Of a stretch of 64,000 nucleotides of DNA, positions 31,385 through 42,096 are shown piece by piece. Below the pieces are notes generated by a model. The model searched no databases. It was not told where the DNA came from and saw nothing but the letters and a program-made list of their open reading frames with translations. Numbering within the stretch: position 1 is the stretch's first letter; each line of letters starts with the position of its first letter. Made by a program: the position numbers and the translations under genes. Origin of the DNA: an uncultured Acidobacteriota bacterium (GTDB taxonomy: Bacteria > Acidobacteriota > Thermoanaerobaculia > Multivoradales > SZUA-115); contig CAWDVR010000001.1 in NCBI GenBank assembly GCA_963805975.1, positions 352,001-416,000 on the forward strand, given 5' to 3'.

Positions 31385-32430
31385 AGCGCGTCGTCATCGC
31401 CACCACCCAGGTGCCCTTCGCGCGCGGCGGCGCCGAGCTCCTGGTCGAGTCGCTCGGCAGCGAGCTCTCGGGCCGTGGCTTCGCCGTCGAGGTGGTGCAG
31501 CTCCCGTTCAGCTGGACGCGCCGCCTCGACGTGCTGAAGAGCGCCCTCGCCTGGCGCATGCTCGATCTGCGCACCCTGGTCGGCGAGCCCATCGATCTGG
31601 TGATCGCCACCCGCTTCCCGGCCTACCTGATCCGCCACCCGAAGAAGGTGGTGTGGCTGATCCATCAGTTCCGGCAGGTCTACGAGCTCCAGGGCACGCC
31701 CTACAGCGAGTACCAGGACACGGCCGAGGACCGGCGCACCGCCGCCATGGTGCGCGCCATGGATGCGCGGGCGCTCTCCGAGGCGCGGGGCCTGTTCTCG
31801 ATCTCGCGCAACACGGCGGCGCGCCTGGCGCGCTTCAACGGCCTGGAAGCCCATCCGCTCTACCCGCCGCCCAAGCTCGGTGGGGCGCTGCGCTCCGGCC
31901 GCTACGGCGACTACGTGTTCACCGCCGGCCGGCTGGATCGCATGAAGCGCTTCGACCTGCTGCTCGAAGCGCTGGCCCAGACCGCGAGCGGCACGCGGGC
32001 GGTGATCGCCGGCCACGGCCCGGAGGCGGAGCGCCTGGAGGAGATGGCGGCGCGGCTGGGGCTCGCCGAGCGCGTGGTCTTCGCCGGCTTCGTGGACGAC
32101 GCGCGGCTGGTGGACCTCTACGCCGGCGCCCTCGCCGTCTTCTACGCGCCCTACGACGAGGACTATGGCTACGTGACGGTGGAGGCCATGAAGGCGGCCA
32201 AGCCGGTGCTCACCACCGCGGACTCCGGCGGGGTGCTCGAGCTGGTGGAGGACGGGGTCAACGGCTTCGTGGCGCCGGCCGGCTCGACGCGGCGGCTGGC
32301 CAGGGCGATCGACGCCCTGGCCGCCGACCGGGAGCTCGCCGCGCGGCTCGGGGAAGCAGGCCGCCGCCGGGTGGAGGGGATCGGCTGGGACGAGGTGATC
32401 GACGCCCTCACCGGGAGCCTGGCGCCGTGA
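31381..32430 (+). CDS. GT4 glycosyltransferase
   Basis: QVPFARGGAE, GRLDRMKR, PYDEDYGYVTVEAM, DGVNG. Confidence 0.92.
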   Translation: MKRVVIATTQVPFARGGAELLVESLGSELSGRGFAVEVVQLPFSWTRRLDVLKSALAWRMLDLRTLVGEPIDLVIATRFPAYLIRHPKKVVWLIHQFRQVYELQGTPYSEYQDTAEDRRTAAMVRAMDARALSEARGLFSISRNTAARLARFNGLEAHPLYPPPKLGGALRSGRYGDYVFTAGRLDRMKRFDLLLEALAQTASGTRAVIAGHGPEAERLEEMAARLGLAERVVFAGFVDDARLVDLYAGALAVFYAPYDEDYGYVTVEAMKAAKPVLTTADSGGVLELVEDGVNGFVAPAGSTRRLARAIDALAADRELAARLGEAGRRRVEGIGWDEVIDALTGSLAP

Positions 32431-33824
32431 GCGAGAGTCGACGCCTGCGGGTCGCCTGGGCCACCCCGTGGCCTCCGCAGCGCTCGGGGATCGCGGACTA
32501 CAGCGCCGAGCTGGTGCCGGCCGTGGCAGCCCACCTGGACGTCGAGCTGTTCGTGGACGACCGCCTGGCGGCCGAGCTGGCCAAGGGCCAGCCACCGCCG
32601 GTGCCCGTCCACCCGCTGGCAGAGCTGCCGCGCCGGGCCCGCGCCGGCGCCTACGACGTGACCCTCTACCACCTCGGCAACGACCAGCGCTTCCACGGCG
32701 CGATCTACCGCCTGCTCGCCGAGGTGCCTGGCGTGGTGGTGCTGCACGAGCACGTGCTGCACCACCTCGTCCGCGGGCTCACCGCGGGCCGCGGCGGCTC
32801 GGCCGCCTATCTCGAGGAGCTGCGCTACGCCTACGGTGCCACCGGGGAGGCCCTGGGCCGGCGCACGGTGGAGAGCGGCGTGCCGGTCGATCCCTGGGCC
32901 TACCCGCTCTTCGAGCGCGTGGTGGACCGCTCCCGGGGCCTGATCGTCCACAGCGAGGCCACGCGCCGGCGGGTCCTGGCGAGCCGGCCCGATGCACGGG
33001 CGGTGGTGGTGCCGCACCACCTCTCGCTCGACGCGCTGCCGAGCGACACCGACCGGCGCACGGCACGGGCGGCCCTGGATCTCGCGGAGGATGCCTTCAC
33101 CGTCGCCTCCTTCGGCTTCATGACCCCGGAGAAGCGGCTCGGCGTGGCTCTGCGGGCGTTTGCCCGCCTGCGTCGCTCGCGGCCGGATGCGGTGTTCCTG
33201 GTCGCGGGGGAGATCGCGTCCGGTCTCGAGCTCTCCCGGGAGGTGGCGGCAGCCGGTGACGGCGTGCGCCTGCTCGGCCGGGTGGAGCTGCCGCGGTTCC
33301 TGGCGGCGATGCAGGCCTGCGACGTGGCGGTCAACCTGCGCCACCCCACCGGGGGGGAGACCTCGGGGACGGTGATCCGCCTGCTGGGCCTGGGCAAGGC
33401 GGTGGTGGTCAGCCGCCAGGGCTCGTTCGACGAGATCCCGGACGGCTGTTGCGTCAAGATCGAGACCGATGAAGCCGAGGAGGACCTCCTGACCGCCGCT
33501 CTCGAGCGCTTGGCCACGGACCCCGAGCTGCGGCGAGACCTGGGCGAGAGCGCCCGCCGGCACATGGCCGCGCACCACACTCTCGAGGGCTCGGCCGCGG
33601 CCTATGGCGGGGTGCTGCGGCGCGCGGTGGAGGAGGGTTGGCAGCCCTATCGCCCGGTGCCGCCGCTGGCGCCTTTCCCCGGCCACGACCTGCTCTCCGC
33701 ACTCGTGGCCGAGCTCGCGGCCGACGTGGCGGACCTCCAGCTCGGCGAGGCGGAGACCGACGCCCTGACGGCGATCGCCGAGCAGGTGGTGGACCTCGGT
33801 CTCGACCGGGTGGCCGCGCCTTGA
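32427..33824 (+). CDS. GT4 glycosyltransferase
   Basis: GTG start overlaps the previous stop; PWPPQRSGIADYS, YHLGN, FGFMTPEKR, NLRHPTGGETSG. Confidence 0.88.
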   Translation: MSESRRLRVAWATPWPPQRSGIADYSAELVPAVAAHLDVELFVDDRLAAELAKGQPPPVPVHPLAELPRRARAGAYDVTLYHLGNDQRFHGAIYRLLAEVPGVVVLHEHVLHHLVRGLTAGRGGSAAYLEELRYAYGATGEALGRRTVESGVPVDPWAYPLFERVVDRSRGLIVHSEATRRRVLASRPDARAVVVPHHLSLDALPSDTDRRTARAALDLAEDAFTVASFGFMTPEKRLGVALRAFARLRRSRPDAVFLVAGEIASGLELSREVAAAGDGVRLLGRVELPRFLAAMQACDVAVNLRHPTGGETSGTVIRLLGLGKAVVVSRQGSFDEIPDGCCVKIETDEAEEDLLTAALERLATDPELRRDLGESARRHMAAHHTLEGSAAAYGGVLRRAVEEGWQPYRPVPPLAPFPGHDLLSALVAELAADVADLQLGEAETDALTAIAEQVVDLGLDRVAAP

Positions 33825-35170
33825 GCCGCCGCGGGAGGGTCTTGCGCCTGGCGCTGGGCGTGGCGCTCCTCATTGCCACGGTCGCGCACTACCTCTTCTG
33901 GTACGCCCCCCGCGAACGGGCCGCCTCGCCCAGGCCGGGCGATGCTCCCGAGCGCCTGCTGCTCGCGGAGAGCTACGACGCCGCGCTCTGGCTGGCCTAC
34001 CCGCACCAGAACCTCGGGGCGCTCGCCGGGGCCGTGGAGGAGCCGGCCGCGCTGGCCATGGCGGCGGCGCGGCTCGCCGGTGTCGCAGAGCCGCGGCTCT
34101 TCTCCTTCGGCCCGTTCGCTGCGCCGCCGGCCCGCGAGCTCACCCTGGCCTCCGACCTGGACGGCGGGCGCTTCTCGATCGCGGCGCGGGTCTATCCCAC
34201 GGTCGCGGTGCTCGCCCGCCTGGCGGGCACGCTCGCCGGCAACCCCTGGCTCGCCGGCGGGGAGCTGGAGGAGGGAGGCCGCAGGCTGCGCGTGGCCTGG
34301 GACGGCACGCTCTGGACGGTGACCGCGGCCACCACCGCCCTTCCGGCCGTCGCCGAAGAGCCGCCCGGCAGGTCCGCGGGCGAAGCCCCGGCCCTCGCCG
34401 TGCTGCGCCTGGGCCGCTCCGCCCGCGGCGTGCCGGCGGGGACCTACGGCCTGCGACGGGCGGGCCCCGGTTTCGTGCTCGCCGCCGCCGGTCGCGAGAC
34501 GCCGGTGCTCGAGCTGGAGCTGGCCGGCACCGATGCGGTGGCGGTGGCCTTCAAGTCCGGCGGCCTGCCGGGCGAGGCCGAGGAGCCGGAAGCCGTCGAG
34601 CCCGCGCCGCCCGCCCGGCCGGACCTGCCGCCGGATCTGGTGCTCGATCGCGAGCGCCGGCCGGAGCCCGAGCCCGAACCGGCGCCTCCATCCCAGCCAG
34701 AGGGAGACCGCGCCGGCCTGCTCTTCGACAGCCGGCGGGCCCTGGTGCCGCGCGTCGCGGTGCTCTTCGAGCCCGGCCACAAGCGCTGGAAGCTCCCGGC
34801 CGAGGGCTTGCTGAAGATCGCCGGTGAGCGCTTTCCCGAGGGCGAGGCCGGCGGCTGGGGCCTGGTGGCGATCGACGACTACGCCTACGAGCGCGCGGCG
34901 CCGCTCGCCCCCCGCCTCGCCGGTCTGCGCGACGGCCGGCTGGCCATGGGCCTGTGGTTCCGGCCCGCGGGCACCCGGCCAATCGTCTCCCAGATCGCCG
35001 AGGTGGTCGCCAAAGTGCCGCTCCTCAACCGCAGGGAGTCCCGGCGCTGGCAGGACATGGCGCTCCTGCTCGAAGCCCTGGAGCGCTTCGACAGGGTGGT
35101 GGTGGAGGTGGGCCGGGACGAAGGCGAGGCGCGGATCGTGCTCGCGGGGGCCCCACTGGCCCCGAATTGA
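33821..35170 (+). CDS. Hypothetical membrane-anchored protein
   Basis: TTG start coupled (TTGA) to the GT4 stop; N-terminal TM (LALGVALLIATVAHYLFWY); Pro/Glu-rich linker. Confidence 0.6.
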   Translation: MSRRGRVLRLALGVALLIATVAHYLFWYAPRERAASPRPGDAPERLLLAESYDAALWLAYPHQNLGALAGAVEEPAALAMAAARLAGVAEPRLFSFGPFAAPPARELTLASDLDGGRFSIAARVYPTVAVLARLAGTLAGNPWLAGGELEEGGRRLRVAWDGTLWTVTAATTALPAVAEEPPGRSAGEAPALAVLRLGRSARGVPAGTYGLRRAGPGFVLAAAGRETPVLELELAGTDAVAVAFKSGGLPGEAEEPEAVEPAPPARPDLPPDLVLDRERRPEPEPEPAPPSQPEGDRAGLLFDSRRALVPRVAVLFEPGHKRWKLPAEGLLKIAGERFPEGEAGGWGLVAIDDYAYERAAPLAPRLAGLRDGRLAMGLWFRPAGTRPIVSQIAEVVAKVPLLNRRESRRWQDMALLLEALERFDRVVVEVGRDEGEARIVLAGAPLAPN

Positions 35171-35195
35171 CACTCAGGGCCTCATCGCGTAGCCT
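35167..35195 (+). promoter_or_regulatory. Sigma70 promoter of the yceD-rpmF-plsX-fab operon
   Basis: TTGACA-N17-TAGCCT. Confidence 0.7.
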
Positions 35196-35236
35196 TCGCG
35201 GGCTCTGGCAGGGCTGTGCTCAAGCGGGCTCTTTTT

Positions 35237-35779
35237 ATGAAAATCCGGCTCGATCAGATCCACGACGAGCCCTTCACTTGGCGCGAGAGCTCGAGGTTGC
35301 CGGTCGAAGTGCTGGACCGGCCCGAGTTGGTGGCCTTGTCCGAGATCGACTGCCAAGGCCGTGTTCAGCGTCTCGAGTCGGGCCAGGGCCCCGAGAGCTT
35401 CCTGCTCACGGTGCGGCTCGATTATCGCCAGACCCTGAATTGCGACCGCTGCCTGGCGCCGATCGAGCAACCGGTCGCCGCCGACCTGGATCTGATGATC
35501 GAAACCGCTCCCATTTCCCGGCACCAGGCCGAGGAAGTGGAGCTTGGAGAAGACGACCTCGGTGTGCTCCACGTCGAAGGTGACGTGCTCGACACCGAAC
35601 CCCTGATCGCCGAGCAGGTGCAGCTCAACATCCCGATGAAACCCCTCTGCCGCCCCGACTGCCAAGGCCTCTGCGCACACTGCGGCGCGGAGCTCAACCA
35701 GGGTCCCTGCGGCTGCAAGCAGGAGACGATGGACCCGCGCTGGGAAGCGCTCAAGGCGCTCACCCAACGCGAGCCCTGA
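35237..35779 (+). CDS. yceD: YceD/DUF177 family protein
   Basis: CDRCL, PMKPLCRPDCQGLCAHCG...DPRWEALK; upstream of rpmF. Confidence 0.92.
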   Translation: MKIRLDQIHDEPFTWRESSRLPVEVLDRPELVALSEIDCQGRVQRLESGQGPESFLLTVRLDYRQTLNCDRCLAPIEQPVAADLDLMIETAPISRHQAEEVELGEDDLGVLHVEGDVLDTEPLIAEQVQLNIPMKPLCRPDCQGLCAHCGAELNQGPCGCKQETMDPRWEALKALTQREP

Positions 35780-35860
35780 TCTCCCGCCCGCCCTGTCCCG
35801 ACGACGCACCTTTTCGAGCCCCATCCGTTCTAGCCCCATCAGTCCTAGAGGATAGATCCC

Positions 35861-36046
35861 ATGCCGAACCCCAAGCGACGCCACTCCAAGGCCCGCCGCG
35901 ACCGCCGGCGCGCCCATGACGCCCTGCCGCAGCCGGCCAAGTCCGTGTGTGCGAACTGCGGCGAGACCAAGCTTCCGCACCGCGCCTGTCCTTCCTGCGG
36001 CGAGTACCGCGGCCGCGCGGTGACCGAGGGCCGCGAGACGCTTTGA
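35861..36046 (+). CDS. rpmF: 50S ribosomal protein L32
   Basis: [19 protein letters not shown]...CANCG...PHRACPSCG. Confidence 0.97.
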   Translation: MPNPKRRHSKARRDRRRAHDALPQPAKSVCANCGETKLPHRACPSCGEYRGRAVTEGRETL

Positions 36047-36081
36047 TCCCGAGGCGGCCGTCCCGCCTGCCGCTAGCCAAG

Positions 36082-37119
36082 ATGAGGATTGCCATCGATG
36101 CGATGGGAGGCGACTTCGCGCCCCGCGAGGTCGTCGCCGGCGCCTTTCGTGCCGCCCGGCGCGAGGGGGTGGAGCTCACCCTGGTGGGCGACGGTACGGT
36201 GATCGAGCGCGAGCTGGCGCGCCTCGGGCGCTCCAGGAACGCCATCGAGGTGGTCCATGCCGACGAGGTGGTGGGCATGGACGAGCCGGCGATCACCCCG
36301 ATCCGCAAGAAGCGCCGCTCGTCGATCCGCGTTGCCGCCGAGCTGGTGCGCGAGGGCCGTGCCGCGGCCATGCTCTCGGCGGGCAACACCGGCGCCGCCG
36401 TCATCGCCGCCAAGATGGTGGTCGGCACGCTGCCCGGAGTGGATCGCCCGGCCCTGGCGGCGGTGTTCCCCAACCGCAAGGGCCACACCGTGCTGCTGGA
36501 CGTGGGCGCCAATGTGGACAGCAAGCTCGAGCACCTGCGGCAGTTCGCGGTCATGGGCCACCTCTACGCGCAGGAGATCGTCGCCACCCCGGCGCCGCGC
36601 ATCGGTCTCCTGTCGATCGGCGAGGAGGCCTCGAAGGGCACGGACTTCACCCGCCAGGTGTTCCGCACGCTCGAGGAGACGGGCCTCAACTTCGTCGGCA
36701 ACGTCGAGGGGCGGGACCTCTTCGAGGGCACGGTGGACGTGGTGGTCTGCGACGGCTTCGTGGGCAACGTGGTCTTGAAGGCAGCGGAGTCGCTCGCCAC
36801 GCTGCTCTCGGGCATGACGCGGGAGGAGCTCGGCAAGTCCTGGCGCACCCGCCTGGGCGGCCTCCTCGCCAAGCCGGCTTTCGACCGCATCCGCCAGCGC
36901 ACGGACTACCGCGAGTACGGGGCGGCCCCCCTCCTGGGGGTGAACGGCGGCTGCTTCATCGCCCACGGTCGCTCGAACGCGCGGGCGATCGAGAGCGCCA
37001 TCCGCCGCGCCGTGGAGTTCTGCGCCGCGGATTTGCACCACAAGATCGCCGACCGCCTGGCGCAGCTCCATCGCGAAGAGGAGCGGCTGCTGGCCGAGGC
37101 CGTGGGAGCCGGACGGTGA
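36082..37119 (+). CDS. plsX: Phosphate acyltransferase PlsX
   Basis: IAIDAMGGD, SAGNTGA, GVDRPAL, LDVGAN, CDGFVGN, GAAPLLG, AHGRS. Confidence 0.97.
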   Translation: MRIAIDAMGGDFAPREVVAGAFRAARREGVELTLVGDGTVIERELARLGRSRNAIEVVHADEVVGMDEPAITPIRKKRRSSIRVAAELVREGRAAAMLSAGNTGAAVIAAKMVVGTLPGVDRPALAAVFPNRKGHTVLLDVGANVDSKLEHLRQFAVMGHLYAQEIVATPAPRIGLLSIGEEASKGTDFTRQVFRTLEETGLNFVGNVEGRDLFEGTVDVVVCDGFVGNVVLKAAESLATLLSGMTREELGKSWRTRLGGLLAKPAFDRIRQRTDYREYGAAPLLGVNGGCFIAHGRSNARAIESAIRRAVEFCAADLHHKIADRLAQLHREEERLLAEAVGAGR

Positions 37120-37202
37120 TGAGCGAGAGGGCCTCGGCGCTCGTCCGGCGCATGGCCGAAGGGGTCGAGGGCCTGACCATCGAGAAGCCGGAGGATCGCT
37201 AA
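37119..37202 (+). pseudogene. 27-aa mini-ORF, probable internally deleted fabD remnant
   Basis: MSERASALVRRMAEGVEGLTIEKPEDR*; the start overlaps the plsX stop (TGATG) and the stop overlaps the fabG start (TAATG). It occupies the fabD position and its tail resembles FabD C-termini. Confidence 0.6.
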
Positions 37203-37945
37203 TGTTCCGACTGGACGGCAAGACGGCGCTCGTCACCGGCGCCTCGCAGGGCATCGGCGAAGAGGTGGCCCGGACGCTCGCCGGTCAGGGCGCCAAGGTG
37301 GTGCTCGCGGCGAGAAACGTCGACAAGCTGACCGCGCTCGCCGAGGAGATCGCCGCCGGCGGCGGCACCGCCCTCGCCTGGCCGCTGGACCTCGCTCAGC
37401 CCGAGGCGATCGCCGCCGCGCTCGACGGGCTGCCGGCCGAGCTCGCCGAGATCGATATCCTGATCAACAACGCCGGCATCACGTCGGACAGCCTGCTGGC
37501 CCGCATGGACCTCGACTCCTGGCGCCGCGTGCTCGACACCAACCTCACCGGCGCCTTCGCCGTCACCCGCGCCCTGGTGCGCGGCATGATGAAACGCCGC
37601 GGCGGGCGCATCATCTCGGTGTCCTCGGTGGTGGGCCTGATGGGCAATGTCGGGCAGGCCAACTACGCGGCCTCGAAAGCCGGCCTGATCGGCTTCTCGA
37701 AGTCGCTCGCCCGCGAGCTGGGAGGCCGGGCGATCACGGTCAACGTGGTGGCGCCGGGCTACGTCGAGACGGCGATGACCGCCAACCTGCCGGAGTCCGC
37801 GGTCAAGGCGCTCTCCGAGTCCATCGTGCTGCGGCGCCTGGGCTCGGCGCGGGACGTGGCCGCAGCGGTGCTCTACCTGGCGAGCGACGAGGCCGCCTAC
37901 GTCACCGGCCAGGTGCTCAATGTCTCCGGCGGGCTCTACATCTAG
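37202..37945 (+). CDS. fabG: 3-oxoacyl-ACP reductase
   Basis: TGASQGIG, NNAGI, SSVVG...GQANYAASK, VAPG, YVTGQ. Confidence 0.96.
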   Translation: MFRLDGKTALVTGASQGIGEEVARTLAGQGAKVVLAARNVDKLTALAEEIAAGGGTALAWPLDLAQPEAIAAALDGLPAELAEIDILINNAGITSDSLLARMDLDSWRRVLDTNLTGAFAVTRALVRGMMKRRGGRIISVSSVVGLMGNVGQANYAASKAGLIGFSKSLARELGGRAITVNVVAPGYVETAMTANLPESAVKALSESIVLRRLGSARDVAAAVLYLASDEAAYVTGQVLNVSGGLYI

Positions 37946-38054
37946 CACCCATTAGCGACCAGCCTGATTCTTAGAACCCCATTAGACTCGCCTCCGGCCT
38001 TTGTGCTAGAACCGGGGGCCGTCGCGAACGAAACTGCGAAGGAGGGGAAGGACA

Positions 38055-38297
38055 ATGCCTGTTGCGGACAAGGTCAAGGGAATTATCGTCGAGCAGCTCG
38101 GCGTGGATGAGGACGAGGTGAAGATGGAGGCCAGCTTCACGGACGACCTGGGCGCCGATTCGCTCGACATCGTGGAGCTGGTGATGGCGTTCGAGGAGGA
38201 GTTCGGCATCGAGATCCCGGACGAGGACGCGGAGAAGATCTCCAACGTCCGGGACGCCGTCGCCTACATCGAGCAGCACGCCGAAGGCGACAACTAG
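38055..38297 (+). CDS. acpP: Acyl carrier protein
   Basis: [21 protein letters not shown]. Confidence 0.98.
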   Translation: MPVADKVKGIIVEQLGVDEDEVKMEASFTDDLGADSLDIVELVMAFEEEFGIEIPDEDAEKISNVRDAVAYIEQHAEGDN

Positions 38298-38309
38298 CCC
38301 AGCACGAGA

Positions 38310-39542
<1,233 letters not shown>

Positions 39543-39546
39543 GGCC

Positions 39547-39677
39547 GGAGCCCTCACCCTAACCCTCTCCCGCACGCGGGAGAGGGGACCGGAGGAAGAG
39601 GATCTCGTTCGGCGGCGGGGCAGGTCCGGCCCCCTCGCCCCGCGTGAGCGGGGAGAGGGCTGGGGTGAGGGGCTCTC
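39547..39677. repeat. REP-like composite inverted repeat (CCCTCACCC-type), copy 1
   Basis: CCCTCACCCTAACCCTCTCCC-GCACGC-GGGAGAGGG with an inverted second arm; lies between the convergent fabF and S9 peptidase genes. Confidence 0.8.
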
Positions 39678-41918
39678 CTACTTCAGCCACCGATCGAAGA
39701 AGTCCGTCATCGCGCGGTAGAAGTGCTGCTCGGCCTTGCCGCGCAGGCCGTGCTTCTGGCGGGGCAGGATCAGTTCCTCGAACAGCACGCCCGCGTCGAT
39801 GAAGGCCTGGCTCATCGCCAGCGTGTTCTGCGGGTGGACGTTGTCGTCCGCCGTGCCGTGAACCAGGAGCAGGCGGTCCGTGAGGCGCGCCGCATAGGTC
39901 ACCGGCGAAGCGACCTCGTAGCCGCGCGCGTTGTCCTGCGGCGTGTCGAGATAGCGCTCCGTCCAGATCGAGTCGTAGAGCTTCCAGTCGGTCACCGGCG
40001 CGCCCGCCACCGCCGCCTTCCAGACCCCCGGCTTCTGCAGCACCGCCTGGAGCGTGTTGGTGCCGCCTCCCGACCACCCCCAGAGGCCGATGCGGCTCGC
40101 GTCCACGTAGCCGAGCGTCTTCAGGTACTCGACGCCGGCCAGTTGCGCGTCCAGGTTCCAGTTGCCGAAGTTGCGGTGCACCTTGTCCTCGCCACCCTTG
40201 CCGAAAAAGCCGGTGGTGAGGTTGTCGACCGACAGCACCACATAGCCGCGCTGGGCCATCATGCGGTGCCAGGCGTCACGGCCGCGGCTGTCCCAGCGCC
40301 TGGTCACCACCTGCGAGGCGGGGCCGCCGTAGTGATACATGATCGCCGGGTACTTTTTCTTGGGATCGAAGCCGGGTGGCCTGAGGATGCGCGCCGGCAG
40401 CTTGTTGCCCTCGAGGCTCCAGATCGCCTGGAATTCGAAGCGCGGCAGGGTCTTGGGGTCGAAGGACGGCGGTGGGCCGGTCGGCAGCTCCATCACCGCC
40501 TTGCCGATGATCTCCATCAGGCGGCGCTGTGGGGGCTCGTCCGCGGTCGAGACCGTGTGCACCCAGTGTTGGGCGCCGGGAGCGATCAGGGCCTCGTTCC
40601 AGCCCTCGGCCTGGGTCAAGGCCTGCGCCGGCCCGCCGTCGAGCGCCACGCGGTAGACCATGCGGCTGGCGGCGCCCATGCCGGAGCCGGAGAAGGTGGT
40701 GTAGTAGACCTTGCCCGCCGCCTCGTCCACGGCCTCGACCGAGGTCACGGCCTGGAGGCCCACGGTCAGCTCCCGCACCAGCTTGCCGTCACCGCCGTAG
40801 AGAAAGAGCTGCCGCCAGCCGGTGCGCTCCGAGGACCAGAGGAACCGGCCGTCCGAGAGGAACCGCCCGTCGGTGGTGAGGTTGACCCAGGTCTTGGCTT
40901 CCTCGGTGAAGAAGGGCGCGCACTTGCCCGTCGTGGCCTCGCAGCGCACCAGATCGAGCCGGGTCTGGCCGCGGTTCAGCCGCTCGACGACCAGCGCGTC
41001 GCTCGCCGGCGCCCAGTGGACGCGGGCGAGGTAGTCCTCGGGCGCGCCGCCGGTCGAGAGCCAAGTCGTCTTGCCCTTGGCGAGATCGAGCACGCCGATC
41101 CGCACCTTGGGGTTGGGCTGGCCCGCCTTGGGGTACTTCTGCCATTCGACGGTGGGGTAGGTGGGCAGGAAATCGACCAGCGGGTAGGAGGGAACCGGGG
41201 TCTCGTCGAACTGGTAGTAGGCGATCCTCTTGCCGTCCGGGCTCCACCAGTAGCTCTCGGGGCTGCGGTTCCAGATCTCTTCCCAGTAGACCCAGTCCGT
41301 CTTGCCGTTGAGGGTGACGTTCGCCTTGCCCCCCTGGGTGAGCGCCTTCTCGCGCCGGGTCGCGAGATCCAGGCGGTAGAGGTCGAACCCGCGCACGAAG
41401 GCGATCGCGCCGCCGTCCGGAGAGAAGCTCGCGAGCTCCTCGGTCTCCGGGGTGGTGGTCAGGCGCACGAGCTCGCCGGCGGCCGAATCGGCGGGCAGGC
41501 GCTGCAGGAACAGGTCGCCGCCCGACTCGACGAGCACCGCATCGCCCCGCGGCGAGAACCGGTAGCTGTCGATCGAGGCCTTCTCTCCCTCCTTGGCGGG
41601 CAAGGTGCGCGCTTCGAGAGCTGTCCCGGCGCGCCGGCTCGCCACCTCCAACAACCACAGGATCTCGCCGCCGGCCGCGTCGGGCAACAAATAGCCGAGG
41701 CGCTTGCCGTCCGTGCTCCAGGCGATCTGTTTCGGCCAGGCGCCGGGCCGGGACTCGGAGAAGATCTGCTCGAAGGTGAGCACCGGGGCCGCTGCCGGGG
41801 GATCTGCCGGCCTTGGAGGCGGGGGAGTCGCGGTGTCGGCTTGCGGCGAACCGGCCAGTCGGATGGCACCACCGGCGAGCAGGAGGAAGGCGAGGATCGG
41901 GCGAAAGGTCGGGCGCAT
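39678..41918 (-). CDS. S9B family dipeptidyl peptidase IV
   Basis: Signal peptide; DWVYWEE, WWSPDG, YPKAG, YGGP, GWSGGG, HGTADDNVH. Confidence 0.93.
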   Translation of the reverse strand: MRPTFRPILAFLLLAGGAIRLAGSPQADTATPPPPRPADPPAAAPVLTFEQIFSESRPGAWPKQIAWSTDGKRLGYLLPDAAGGEILWLLEVASRRAGTALEARTLPAKEGEKASIDSYRFSPRGDAVLVESGGDLFLQRLPADSAAGELVRLTTTPETEELASFSPDGGAIAFVRGFDLYRLDLATRREKALTQGGKANVTLNGKTDWVYWEEIWNRSPESYWWSPDGKRIAYYQFDETPVPSYPLVDFLPTYPTVEWQKYPKAGQPNPKVRIGVLDLAKGKTTWLSTGGAPEDYLARVHWAPASDALVVERLNRGQTRLDLVRCEATTGKCAPFFTEEAKTWVNLTTDGRFLSDGRFLWSSERTGWRQLFLYGGDGKLVRELTVGLQAVTSVEAVDEAAGKVYYTTFSGSGMGAASRMVYRVALDGGPAQALTQAEGWNEALIAPGAQHWVHTVSTADEPPQRRLMEIIGKAVMELPTGPPPSFDPKTLPRFEFQAIWSLEGNKLPARILRPPGFDPKKKYPAIMYHYGGPASQVVTRRWDSRGRDAWHRMMAQRGYVVLSVDNLTTGFFGKGGEDKVHRNFGNWNLDAQLAGVEYLKTLGYVDASRIGLWGWSGGGTNTLQAVLQKPGVWKAAVAGAPVTDWKLYDSIWTERYLDTPQDNARGYEVASPVTYAARLTDRLLLVHGTADDNVHPQNTLAMSQAFIDAGVLFEELILPRQKHGLRGKAEQHFYRAMTDFFDRWLK

Positions 41919-42009
41919 GCGGGTCCTCCGAGCCGCGGGTGGAGAAGCCCGCCCCGGGCGAGCGCAAGTCTACCCCGGCTGAAACCGGCGCCCCTTCGAA
42001 TCGGGGCGT

Positions 42010-42036
42010 TGAAACTTCGGGGCGGGGCGCGGCGTA
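42010..42036 (+). promoter_or_regulatory. ECF sigma-type promoter
   Basis: TGAAAC-N17-CGTA upstream of the DUF4097 gene. Confidence 0.5.
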
Positions 42037-42096
42037 GTGCGGCCTGACCGGCACGCTTTCCACGGTGGCCGCTCCAATCCACGACGGAGGATGACC

